Assembly: GCA_038330045.1 (NCBI GenBank)
Contig: JBBQNO010000002.1
Span: 21,635-85,634, forward strand
Direction of reading: 5' to 3'
Length of the DNA stretch: 64,000 bases
DNA from: Actinomycetales bacterium
GTDB lineage: Bacteria; Actinomycetota; Actinomycetes; Actinomycetales; Dermatophilaceae
Part shown: positions 48,786 through 57,656 of the stretch, piece by piece
Position numbering within the stretch: position 1 is the first letter of the stretch
How the letters are laid out: each line of letters begins with the position of its first letter
Translations under genes and position numbers: made by a program
The notes under the pieces: model-generated
The model's input: only the letters and a program-made list of their open reading frames with translations
What the model was told of the DNA's origin: nothing
Databases searched by the model: none

Positions 48786-49841
48786 CTAGACGGACGTCTC
48801 GGCAGTGTCGGTTTCGTCGTCGAACTCGCCTAGAATCTGCTCCAAGATGTCCTCCAAGGATGCAAGCCCGACCAGCGTGCCCGAGCCGTCGCGGACGAGG
48901 GCCAACTGTGCCCGTTCCCGTCGCATCTCGCTGACGGCATCGATCAGGGGCAGGTCGTGGCTCAACCAGGTCGGCTCCTGCATAAAGTCCAGGACCGGCG
49001 TCGTTTCGTGGCCACGAGACGTCGACCGCATGGCGTCTCGCACGTGCACCAGCCCGATCACTTGCTTGTCCTGGTCGCGCACAAACAGTCGCGAATGCCC
49101 GCTGCGCTGGCAGGCGACCTCCACGTCGCGAGCATCTTCGCTATCGGAGACCGTGACGGCATTATCGAGCCCGAACATCACCGAGGAGACGGTCTCGGTC
49201 TCGAGCCGCAACGCTCCGGTCAGCATCTGGTGGTCGGCATCGGGCAAGACCCCGTGCTCGTGAGACTGGGACAGTAAAAGTTGGAGGTCGGCGGGCCCGT
49301 GGGTAGCGGACTCGACCGTGTCGATGGGGTTGACCTTGACGAGTCGCAGCAAGGCGTTGGCCATGCCGTTGAGGACGAACAGCACCGGCCGCACCACCCA
49401 GGTGAACGCGCGGAACGGAAGCGCCAGCAGCAGTGCCGAGGTCTCTGGGTGTGAGATGGCCCAGGACTTGGGGGCCATTTCGCCGACCACCATATGCAGG
49501 AACACCACGATCGAGACGGCGATGATGATTGCGACGATGTGGGTCAACCCATCGGGTATGCCGATGCTGTGGAAGATGGGCTCGAGAAAGTGGGCGATGG
49601 CGGGCTCGGATAAGGCGCCCAGGCCCAGCGTGCATAGGGTAATGCCCAACTGGGCTCCCGCCAGCATGAGCGACATTTCGCGGTGAGCATTGACCGCGGC
49701 ACGGGCGGCACGACCACCGTTTTTCGCCGCTTCGTCGAGCCGGTGCCGCTTGGAGGCAACGACGGCGAACTCGGTTGCGACGAAGAAGCCGTTGAGGATC
49801 AGCAACAGCACGGAGATGCCGAGGGCAGCGGTGGCGCTCAT
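48786..49841 (-). CDS. CNNM/CorC 'hemolysin family' CBS-domain protein
   Basis: NGFFVATEFA, AQLGIT, HMVVGEMAPK, SGHSRL, LEDILE. Confidence 0.9.
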   Translation of the reverse strand: MSATAALGISVLLLILNGFFVATEFAVVASKRHRLDEAAKNGGRAARAAVNAHREMSLMLAGAQLGITLCTLGLGALSEPAIAHFLEPIFHSIGIPDGLTHIVAIIIAVSIVVFLHMVVGEMAPKSWAISHPETSALLLALPFRAFTWVVRPVLFVLNGMANALLRLVKVNPIDTVESATHGPADLQLLLSQSHEHGVLPDADHQMLTGALRLETETVSSVMFGLDNAVTVSDSEDARDVEVACQRSGHSRLFVRDQDKQVIGLVHVRDAMRSTSRGHETTPVLDFMQEPTWLSHDLPLIDAVSEMRRERAQLALVRDGSGTLVGLASLEDILEQILGEFDDETDTAETSV

Positions 49842-51268
49842 GAGGAGTGCCCATCGTGAGAGGTGTGGATGCGTAGGTCGCGCGGCTCCGCGGTCGGGTC
49901 GCTCTCGTCGCGAGATCCCTCGGGGTCGAGGTCGGTGATCTGCGGTGGATACAAGGCGACGGTGTCGGGAACGAAACGGCTCATGCCGAGTACCTCGATG
50001 TCAACGCTCGTCTTTTGAGGGTCGCCTTCGGAGCTTCGAGTCGGCCACGTCACACTGACGCGGTCGCCTTGCTCGGCCATGCGACCCAGTCGATACATGA
50101 CCAGACCGGACAGCGTGTCGTAGTCCTCGTTTTCGGGCAGCGCAATATCGGTGATGGTCTCCACCTCATCGATGCGCATGCGGGCGGCTAGGTGCCAGGT
50201 GCCGTCCGCCCCAGCGGAGGGTTCGTCCTCCTCCTCGTCGTCCTCGTCCCAGATCTCTCCGACGACTTCTTCGGCGACGTCTTCGAACGTGATGACGCCA
50301 GCAAATCCGCCGTACTCGTCGACCACCACAGCAATCTGCCGATGCTGCTTGCGCAACTCCTCCAGCACGCGTGGCAGGGGCAGCGATTCGGGCATGATGA
50401 GTGCCTCGTCGGCGAGGTCTCTCACCGGGATACGACCGCGCTGCTCGGCGGGCACGCTCAGCAGTTCGTGAAGGCCGATGACCCCGACGATGTCGTCGAT
50501 GTCGCGGCCGATCACGGGGAATCGCGAGTGGCCGGTGTCGAGCAGTTCGAGTACCCGGCTGGCTGGATCGTCGGCGTGGACCGTTTCGACGTCGATCCGT
50601 GGGGTCATGACCTCCTCGGCCGCGTGCCCGCGGAAGGCGAGCCCTCTTCCCAACAGTTTGGTCAAGTCATCGTCGAGCAATCCGCCGCTCGCCGAGTCGG
50701 AGATGATCCGTTGCAAGTCTTCAGGGGTGGCACCTTGCGGCAGCTCTTCGACGGGCTCAATGCCCACCGAACGCAGCAACGCGTTGGAGGCTCTGTCGAA
50801 GAGCGAAATGACGGGGCCCGCCACCATGAGATACAGCAACGTGGATCGCGACAGGGCGCGCGCGAGCGGCACAGGCTTGGCAATGGCGAGGTTCTTGGGG
50901 CCGAGTTCACCGAGCACCATCTGCAAGGCGGTGCTGAAGCCCAGGGTCAACGCGAGAGACAAGGTCAGCGTGGCGGCGTCGGACAGGCCGGTAAAGCCCA
51001 ACACGTCGGCTAGACCACGACCCACCAGTGGCTCACCGGCGAAGCCCACGAGTAGTGCCGTGACCGTGATGCCGAACTGGGCACCCGACAGGGTGAAGGA
51101 CAGGCGGGAGGTCACCTTCAGTGCCCTCTCCGCCGCAGCATCCCCCTCTTTGGCGAGCGCGGTGAGTTTGCCCCGGTCCACCGAAACGTAGGCGAACTCC
51201 TGAGCCACGAAATACCCGGTCGCCACCGTCAGCACGAAGATGACGAGCAGACCAGCAAGGATCAGCAC
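49838..51268 (-). CDS. CNNM/CorC 'hemolysin family' CBS-domain protein with CorC_HlyC domain
   Basis: GYFVAQEFA, GAQFGITVT, GELGPKNLA, MTPR, GHSRFPV, VVDEYGG, YDTLSG. Confidence 0.92.
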   Translation of the reverse strand: MLILAGLLVIFVLTVATGYFVAQEFAYVSVDRGKLTALAKEGDAAAERALKVTSRLSFTLSGAQFGITVTALLVGFAGEPLVGRGLADVLGFTGLSDAATLTLSLALTLGFSTALQMVLGELGPKNLAIAKPVPLARALSRSTLLYLMVAGPVISLFDRASNALLRSVGIEPVEELPQGATPEDLQRIISDSASGGLLDDDLTKLLGRGLAFRGHAAEEVMTPRIDVETVHADDPASRVLELLDTGHSRFPVIGRDIDDIVGVIGLHELLSVPAEQRGRIPVRDLADEALIMPESLPLPRVLEELRKQHRQIAVVVDEYGGFAGVITFEDVAEEVVGEIWDEDDEEEDEPSAGADGTWHLAARMRIDEVETITDIALPENEDYDTLSGLVMYRLGRMAEQGDRVSVTWPTRSSEGDPQKTSVDIEVLGMSRFVPDTVALYPPQITDLDPEGSRDESDPTAEPRDLRIHTSHDGHSS

Positions 51269-51382
51269 GTAGGACGTCCACTGATAGGCCGGGCCGAACC
51301 CGGCCCGGGTTGGTCGCTGTGGGGGGACCCGCTGGAAGACATGCGCACAAGGCTAGCCGACATCGCCCTTAGGCTCGGAGCG

Positions 51383-51805
51383 ATGACCCCGGGGCAACGA
51401 GTGCTGTGTGCGGTGGCCGCCGGTGGTGCCGCCGGGGCGGTGCTGCGCGCTGCCATCGAGACGAATCTTGGTTCGGGGGGTTCCCTCGGCGTCTTCCCGT
51501 GGTCCACGCTCGCTATTAATGTCGTCGGGAGTTTCCTTCTTGGCGCGCTCGCAACCTTGGCCGTCTCGACCGCGTGGTGGGTGAGGCCGTTTCTGGGCAC
51601 TGGGGCCTTGGGTGGTTTCACCACCTTCTCCGCGTATGCCGTGGTCAGCAACGTGCTCATGCTCGATGGCGCGGTGGGCGCTGGAGTCGGGTATGTCGTG
51701 GCGACGCCGGTGGTGTGTGTTGCTGCCGCCGCACTCGGAGCGCACCTACCGGCAGCGCTAGGTCTGTCGCAGAGCGCACCGCCGAGCGCAGCAGGTCAAG
51801 AATGA
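51383..51805 (+). CDS. crcB: Fluoride efflux transporter CrcB/FluC
   Basis: FPWSTLAINVVGSF and GTGALGGFTTFS. TAGGCT -10 lies 7 nt before ATG 51383. Confidence 0.92.
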   Translation: MTPGQRVLCAVAAGGAAGAVLRAAIETNLGSGGSLGVFPWSTLAINVVGSFLLGALATLAVSTAWWVRPFLGTGALGGFTTFSAYAVVSNVLMLDGAVGAGVGYVVATPVVCVAAAALGAHLPAALGLSQSAPPSAAGQE

Positions 51806-52158
51806 ACCCGTCCTGGCAGGTGTGGCTGGCCATCGCCCTCGGTGGTGCAGCGGGGGCGGCGCTGAGGCACGTTGCGGCAACCACGAGGTGGGGTGCGCTA
51901 CCGGGAGTATTCGCGGCCAACACGCTTGCCGCCGGGGCCCTCGGGGTGCTGGTTGCTCAGTCTTCCTCGCTGTCTCCGTTCTGGTTCGCGTTCCTGGCCA
52001 CCGGGCTGTGCGGGGCGTTAAGCACCTACAGCACGTTCGCCGTCCAGGTGTGGGAGTTGCTGCAAGACAATGTTCTTGCCGGTATCGGCTACGTCGCGGC
52101 GACCACGGTGGCTGGGGCTTTGGCTGCGCTCGTTCCGTTGCTTATGTGGGAATACTGA
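51802..52158 (+). CDS. crcB: Second fluoride efflux transporter CrcB/FluC
   Basis: GGAAGAALR and ATGLCGALSTYSTF. Start overlaps the first crcB stop. Confidence 0.88.
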   Translation: MNPSWQVWLAIALGGAAGAALRHVAATTRWGALPGVFAANTLAAGALGVLVAQSSSLSPFWFAFLATGLCGALSTYSTFAVQVWELLQDNVLAGIGYVAATTVAGALAALVPLLMWEY

Positions 52159-52218
52159 ATGCCGACGTGGGGATACTTGACAGCCGACGCGGGGACACTG
52201 AGGCGATAAGCCGGGGTT

Positions 52219-52240
52219 TGTCGGTGGCGGCTTCTAACGT
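52219..52240 (+). promoter_or_regulatory. PafBC-type (RecA-NDp) DNA-damage promoter of the sbcD-like gene
   Basis: TGTCGG-tggcggcttc(N10)-TAACGT, 6 nt before the ATG. Confidence 0.8.
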
Positions 52241-52246
52241 GTCCAC

Positions 52247-53443
52247 ATGGTTACCTTCCTGCACACCGCCGATTGGCAGATTGGGATGACCCGTCGCTGG
52301 TTGCAACCGGAGGCCCAAGCTCGATTCGACAGTGACCGCTTGGATGCGATCCGACGGGCGGGGGAGATTGCGCGCGCTCAGGGATGTGCCTTTGTCGTGG
52401 TGGCCGGTGACGTCTTCGAGAGCAGCCAATTGCGCCAAGGCACCGTCCTGCGAGCCCTGGAGGTCATGCGCGAGATCGAGTTGCCGGTCTACCTGCTTCC
52501 GGGCAATCACGACCCTCTGGACGCGATCAGCATCTATCGCCAACCGACGTTCTCCAATGCCTGTCCCAGCAACGTCACGGTGCTCGACTCGACGCAGTCC
52601 GTCGCGGTGGCGCCGGGAGTGGAGGTCATCGGGGCACCGTGGGCTGGCAAACTCCCTGGGCGCGACCTCGTCGGTGACGTAGTGACGTCGCTGCCGCCGG
52701 CCGATGGGACCGTCCGCATCGTGGTGGGTCACGGCATCGTGGATATTCTCGATCCCAGCGGGTCCAACCCGGCCGCCATTGACACGGCGTCCCTCGTGGC
52801 GGCTTTGGATCAGGGCCAGATCCACTACGTGGCGTTGGGCGACCGTCATTCGCGCACCGATGTCGGTGGGCACGGCACTATTTGGTATTCGGGAGCTGTC
52901 GAAGTCACCGACCCTCGAGAGGAAGCGCCCGGGGACGTTCTTGTCGTCACCGTCGACTCTGACGGGCCACCATCAGTCGCACACCACCACACGGGACGAT
53001 GGAACTTCGTGACCCTGCGCCGCGAGGTGGCCAGTGCCTACGATGTCGATGCGCTGGTCGCCGAATTGGCGGCGATGACCCACAAGGACACCGTGGTCTT
53101 GAAGCTGGCCCTTCAGGGCACCTTGGATCTTTTCGACTACACGAGACTGCACGAGCACCTTGACTCGCTGCGAACGATCTTCGGCGGTATGCACGATTGG
53201 GAACGGCACACCGATCTATCGGTGCGTGCTAGCGAGGCTCAGTGGTCAGCTCTCGGCCTGTCGGGGTATGTGTGCGACGCGGCTGACGAGATCAAAGTGC
53301 AACTTGCCCAACACGCGAGCGTCGATGCCCCACCGACGCCCGAGCCCGACTGGTTCTTCGATCCGCACCGTGGAGACGACAGCGATAGCGCCCGCGATGC
53401 GCTGGCTCTGCTCTATCGACTCAGTTCGGCGGCACAACGATGA
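52247..53443 (+). CDS. sbcD: SbcD/Mre11-like metallophosphoesterase nuclease
   Basis: HTADWQIG, VAGDVFE, LPGNHD, VGHG and YVALGDRH phosphoesterase motifs. Confidence 0.9.
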   Translation: MVTFLHTADWQIGMTRRWLQPEAQARFDSDRLDAIRRAGEIARAQGCAFVVVAGDVFESSQLRQGTVLRALEVMREIELPVYLLPGNHDPLDAISIYRQPTFSNACPSNVTVLDSTQSVAVAPGVEVIGAPWAGKLPGRDLVGDVVTSLPPADGTVRIVVGHGIVDILDPSGSNPAAIDTASLVAALDQGQIHYVALGDRHSRTDVGGHGTIWYSGAVEVTDPREEAPGDVLVVTVDSDGPPSVAHHHTGRWNFVTLRREVASAYDVDALVAELAAMTHKDTVVLKLALQGTLDLFDYTRLHEHLDSLRTIFGGMHDWERHTDLSVRASEAQWSALGLSGYVCDAADEIKVQLAQHASVDAPPTPEPDWFFDPHRGDDSDSARDALALLYRLSSAAQR

Positions 53444-56115
53444 GAATTCACCGTCTCTGCGTGCGCAACGTGAAGGGGATCACCGAGCGCACTTTGACGT
53501 TCCCCGATACCGGTGTGGTGGTGATCGAGGGGCCGAACGAGGTTGGCAAGTCAACGTTCTTAGAGGCCCTCGATCGACTCTTGGAGCCCAAGGCAAAGGC
53601 GTCATCAAAGGCAGCATCGATCGTCGGCCTTCAGCCAGTCGGTCAAGATGTGGGCCCCTTCGTTGAGGTTGAGATGAGCGTGGGGCCACACCGCCTGATC
53701 TTCGCCAAGCGGTGGTTACGCCAACCCACTACGACCCTCCTTGTCTTGAGCCCCGTGCCTGAGCAGTTGGCCGGGGAGGCCGCTCAGCAGCGGATGGACG
53801 CGATCATGGACGCCAGCGTCGACCGTCCGCTGCTGGACGCGCTTCGATTCGCGCAATCCGGCTCGTCGAGTCCTATCCGCCTCGGGGATAGTGCCGTCTT
53901 GCAAGCTGCCCTCGATGGTGCGGCTGGCGCGGATCTGTACTCGGCGGGCAGCGGCGATCTGCTGGATGCCGTCGAGACCGAGTACCGCCGGTATTACACC
54001 GTAGCGACCGGCCGACCGGCTGGCGACCTTCGCGCTGCCATCACGACGGCCAACGAGAGCCAGGATGCCGTCGTTGATGCCCATGGCGGCGTCTGTGAAG
54101 CGGAGGCCATCCTTGCCAAGCGTGACGAGGCCGCCGCGATGCATCAGGCGGCTCAGGGCACCGTCCCGGGTCACCGTAGAGCCTTGCTCGCCGCCGAGGG
54201 TGACTCAGAGCGGGTGGCTTCGCTGCGTGCCCAGGAGCAGCACGCGGCGCAACAACTGGCGGCAGCGACGTTGAACGCCCGTGCCGCTGAGTCTTTGGTG
54301 GTCGCGCGGCAAAGCCTCATCGATGATGCGGCACGGCGTTCGATGGCCGCTGCGGTGGTGACGACCCAGGCTGCGGAAGCGATGTCACGGGAGCAGGAGT
54401 TGGCGGCTGCACTGGCCGAAGCGACGGTCGCGTTGGATCACGCCCGCCGTGAGTGCGCCAGTGCGCAAGACGACGCGGATGAGGCCGCAGTATCTGTCCA
54501 GCGGCTGCAACTGCACACCGAGGTTGCCGCTCTCGAGGACCGGATAGAGGTTGCCGAGAGCGCTCACGCTGCGTTGGAGCATCACCGCGCTCAGTTAGCC
54601 CAATCGCTCGTGAGTCCTGATGTGTGGCGAGAGATTGAATGGTGCCAACAGCAGCTCGCTATCGCTGATGCGGCTTTGGAGGCCGGGTCCACCTCCGTCA
54701 GCATTAGCTCCCTTGTGGACGAGCAGCACCTTGAACACGACGGTCGCGCGCGCACTCTGAGCCCCGGCGAGCCCTCTGTGCAGGTCGTGGTGGAACGAGA
54801 ATCTGAGTTGATCATCAACGGCTGCGTGCGCGTCGGCCTGCGCCCACACGGAGATGTCGTGAAGCGGGCGGGCCACCGTGATCAGATGCGGGCTCAGCTG
54901 CATCGAGCCCTCAGCGACGTAGATGCCTGCGGTATCGAGCAGGCATCGCTGATGCATGAAGCGCACCAGCGGGCACGCGACGACGTGGCGCGCTCCGATA
55001 ACGCTCTCGCCGTGGCTCTGTCCGGAAGTACCCCGTCGGACCTACGCGGGCTCCTGATGCAGCGCCGCCGTGCCCTAAGCGACGTTGCCCGCGACGCCAG
55101 GACACTAGCGCCCGAAGAGGTTGCGACGCCGAGGGTAGGGCGCGACGAGGTGGATCAGGCGGTGCACGCAGCCAGGGCCCTTCAGGCTACGTTGCGGCCG
55201 CTGCGCAAGGTAAAGGATGCGGCCGAGGACGAAATTCGGCGCGTGCGTGACCTCCATGCGGCGGCCAAACAGGCCAGCGATATCGCACATAGTCAGCATG
55301 ACTCGGCAGCGGAGGAGTCCAGGCGCGCCGCGGAACGACTTGATGCGCAGCGTGAGGCGGCCTCAGACGGGGCGCTGGCCTCTGCGGCGGCGCATGCGGT
55401 CGAAGCAGAAGGTATAGAAGCAGCCACACGAGAGCACTTCCAGGACGCCTTGCGAGCCGCGAACTCAGCCGAGACCGACGAGCAACTCCGGCTGGCGACG
55501 TCGCAGTTGGCTCAGGCCCAGGCCGAGCAGGAACGTCTCGGTCACGCAGTGCAGCACCTCAACGGCCAACTGGAGATCACTGCGGGGGAGGGACGTCAGG
55601 AGATCTACGAGCGCGCAGTCCAAGCGTTCGAAGAGGCCAATCGGGCTCTGGCCTCTGTGGACCGTCGAGCGCGCGCGGCGCGTCAACTGCACCAGACCTT
55701 GCAACGCCACCGTGACCGCGCCCACGCCAGCTACGTCGCTCCCTACGCCCAAGAGATCGAACGGCTCGGTCGATCGCTGTACGGAGATTCGTTTGGGATC
55801 GAGATCAGCCCCAGCCTCGTCATCACCCACCGGCACCTGTACGGCGCCACCGTCGCCTTCGACCAGCTGTCGGGGGGCGCGAAGGAGCAACTCGGAATTG
55901 TCGCCCGCCTTGCCGTGGCGATGCTGGTCGAATCTGATCAATCAGTGCCTGTCGTGATCGACGATGCGCTGGGCTACACCGATCCCCAGAGGCTGAAACT
56001 GCTGGGATCGGTGTTGGGTGGCAGTGATCATCGAGGGCAGATCATCCTCTTGACGTGCACTCCTGACCGGTATCGCGCCATCCCGGGTGCCGAAACGGTG
56101 CGTCTGACTGCCTGA
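53440..56115 (+). CDS. sbcC: SbcC/Rad50-like SMC ATPase
   Basis: Walker A GPNEVGKST, long coiled coil, signature LSGG, Walker B/D-loop VIDDALGYTD. Start overlaps the sbcD stop. Confidence 0.88.
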   Translation: MRIHRLCVRNVKGITERTLTFPDTGVVVIEGPNEVGKSTFLEALDRLLEPKAKASSKAASIVGLQPVGQDVGPFVEVEMSVGPHRLIFAKRWLRQPTTTLLVLSPVPEQLAGEAAQQRMDAIMDASVDRPLLDALRFAQSGSSSPIRLGDSAVLQAALDGAAGADLYSAGSGDLLDAVETEYRRYYTVATGRPAGDLRAAITTANESQDAVVDAHGGVCEAEAILAKRDEAAAMHQAAQGTVPGHRRALLAAEGDSERVASLRAQEQHAAQQLAAATLNARAAESLVVARQSLIDDAARRSMAAAVVTTQAAEAMSREQELAAALAEATVALDHARRECASAQDDADEAAVSVQRLQLHTEVAALEDRIEVAESAHAALEHHRAQLAQSLVSPDVWREIEWCQQQLAIADAALEAGSTSVSISSLVDEQHLEHDGRARTLSPGEPSVQVVVERESELIINGCVRVGLRPHGDVVKRAGHRDQMRAQLHRALSDVDACGIEQASLMHEAHQRARDDVARSDNALAVALSGSTPSDLRGLLMQRRRALSDVARDARTLAPEEVATPRVGRDEVDQAVHAARALQATLRPLRKVKDAAEDEIRRVRDLHAAAKQASDIAHSQHDSAAEESRRAAERLDAQREAASDGALASAAAHAVEAEGIEAATREHFQDALRAANSAETDEQLRLATSQLAQAQAEQERLGHAVQHLNGQLEITAGEGRQEIYERAVQAFEEANRALASVDRRARAARQLHQTLQRHRDRAHASYVAPYAQEIERLGRSLYGDSFGIEISPSLVITHRHLYGATVAFDQLSGGAKEQLGIVARLAVAMLVESDQSVPVVIDDALGYTDPQRLKLLGSVLGGSDHRGQIILLTCTPDRYRAIPGAETVRLTA

Positions 56116-56394
56116 GTCCGGTCAGTCCCTGGTCGAAGCCTGGTCCAGTGGTCACGTTCTGAGATATTTCTTTGCGATGCACTTACCGTGACGAAAGTCA
56201 CGGGGAGCGCGAGCGAGCATCCCGCCAAGTGCTGGATGAGGACAGCGTTCACTAGGCGCAAAACCTTTGTCTTGCAGGCGATGTAAGCAATATGGTCGCA
56301 AAAATCTGAAAACGCTTACAACGTAAGTAGTTCGTCAATGTGGAGGCCTTGGGCGTGACGAGGCGCTGGGATCCACACGTTATTCACAGGTCGT

Positions 56395-56435
56395 CGTTAC
56401 CCAAACGTGACATCGTTTACATTCTTGGGTAACGT
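56395..56435 (+). promoter_or_regulatory. SigA-like promoter of the riboswitch/NlpC transcript, overlapped by an inverted repeat
   Basis: GTGACA-N17-TAACGT (56407-56435), with perfect 10-bp arms cgttacccaa / ttgggtaacg. Confidence 0.6.
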
Positions 56436-56472
56436 CGGCATCGCTCCTCCCCCTGGGGGGCCCCAGATGGGT

Positions 56473-56645
56473 AGCCGAATCCTGTCACCTTGTCTGGGCA
56501 CAACCGCACAATCCGTCTGACAGGAGCGGGGGACCCACGTTATTTGGCACGTCGTGAGACGCGCCTTGGGGTTAAGTCTTCGTGTTTACGTCGCGATGGC
56601 CGGGTAAATTCCTCCACCCGAACCCGACAGCTCACCCCGTAGGCG
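56473..56645 (+). ncRNA. c-di-AMP (ydaO/yuaA) riboswitch
   Basis: Conserved blocks in the expected order: GCCGAATCC, GGAGCGGGGGACCCA, TTGGGGTTAA, CCGGGTA, CCCGAACCCGACAGCTCACCCCGTAGGCG. It lies upstream of a cell-wall hydrolase. Confidence 0.92.
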
Positions 56646-56663
56646 CATGGAGAGAGTTCATAC

Positions 56664-57488
56664 ATGTCTTCCACCGTTCCCGGGCGCCACCGTGCCCCGA
56701 AGCACTCCGCTGTTAAGCCCGTCTCGAAGGTCGCGCTGACGCTAGCGACCAGTGCGGGCCTTGCCTTCTCAACCGCAGGTGCGGGCAATGCCGCCCCGGC
56801 AGTCGCAGCGCCTACCGCGACGGCCGTGCCCGCCGCAGTGACGCAGAGCGCAGCCGCCGGCTTGGCCTCGACGTCCGTCGCCACCCGCATTCTGCCCACG
56901 CGTTCGTACATCACATACCGCCAGGGCTCGCGTGGCGGTTCGACCAAGACGATCCAGCGCAAGGTCGGCGCCTATGCCGATGGCGTGTTCGGCCCGAGGA
57001 CCGCATCAAAGGTGCGCTCCTGGCAGCGTCGCCACGGTCTGTACGCGGACGGCATCGTCGGCCCCAAGACCTCCCGTGCCATGGGCATCAGGCTCAGCTC
57101 AAAGAAGTCTTCTTCGCGCGGTTCGTCCTCAGCCTCGCGCAGCAGCGGTCGCTCAACGTCCGGCGTGATCAACACTGCCAGGCGGTACACCGGTGTTCGT
57201 TATGTCTGGGCCGGCAGCACGCCCTCGAGCGGTTTTGACTGCTCCGGCTACGTGACGTACGTCTTCAAGAAGGCTGGCGTCAACCTTCCCAGAACCGCAT
57301 CCCAGATCCAGCGTGCTACGAAGCGCACGTACAGCCCACGTCCAGGCGACCTGGTATTCCACGGCTACCCGGCGACCCACGTCGGTATCTACGCCGGCAA
57401 CGGCAACATGTACGACTCGGGCCGCTCGACCCGGGGTACCTCGTTTCGAAAGATCTTCCCCGGCCAAGTGAGTTACGGACGCGTCTAG
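56664..57488 (+). CDS. Secreted NlpC/P60 (C40) peptidoglycan endopeptidase with a PG-binding domain
   Basis: GRHRAP signal peptide, ADGVFGPRT/ADGIVGPKT PGBD, FDCSG and HVGIY catalytic motifs. Confidence 0.95.
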   Translation: MSSTVPGRHRAPKHSAVKPVSKVALTLATSAGLAFSTAGAGNAAPAVAAPTATAVPAAVTQSAAAGLASTSVATRILPTRSYITYRQGSRGGSTKTIQRKVGAYADGVFGPRTASKVRSWQRRHGLYADGIVGPKTSRAMGIRLSSKKSSSRGSSSASRSSGRSTSGVINTARRYTGVRYVWAGSTPSSGFDCSGYVTYVFKKAGVNLPRTASQIQRATKRTYSPRPGDLVFHGYPATHVGIYAGNGNMYDSGRSTRGTSFRKIFPGQVSYGRV

Positions 57489-57489
57489 T

Positions 57490-57535
57490 TGACGCGCTAG
57501 CCGTCATGATTCAACTGACGCGCTAGCCGTCATGA
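57490..57535 (+). repeat. Tandem 20-bp direct repeat (26-bp period)
   Basis: tgacgcgctagccgtcatga at 57490-57509 and 57516-57535, separated by ttcaac. Confidence 0.85.
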
Positions 57536-57570
57536 AGGAGCCGAGGTGGCGCTTGCCACCTCGGCTCCTT
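57535..57570 (+). terminator. Intrinsic terminator after NlpC/P60
   Basis: Perfect 16-bp stem aaggagccgaggtggc-gctt-gccacctcggctcctt. Confidence 0.85.
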
Positions 57571-57656
57571 TGCGTATCGGTCCAGGTCCGAAGCGTCCTG
57601 AGGTTGCTCCCCCGGCCTTACGCGTCTAGATTTCCGACTAACAGGAAAGAGATCTG

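Noticed and set aside
48786-51268. 'Hemolysin' genes as toxins or virulence factors
   Set aside because: The domain content is CNNM/CBS/CorC (metal efflux); the hemolysin name is a legacy annotation.
51269-51382. Fluoride riboswitch upstream of crcB
   Set aside because: The GATGG..GCC..AACC..GCT.ATGAC.CCTA pattern is absent on both strands; only a GC inverted repeat is present.
57490-57535. Direct repeat as a CRISPR array
   Set aside because: Only two copies with a 6-nt spacer, and no cas genes.
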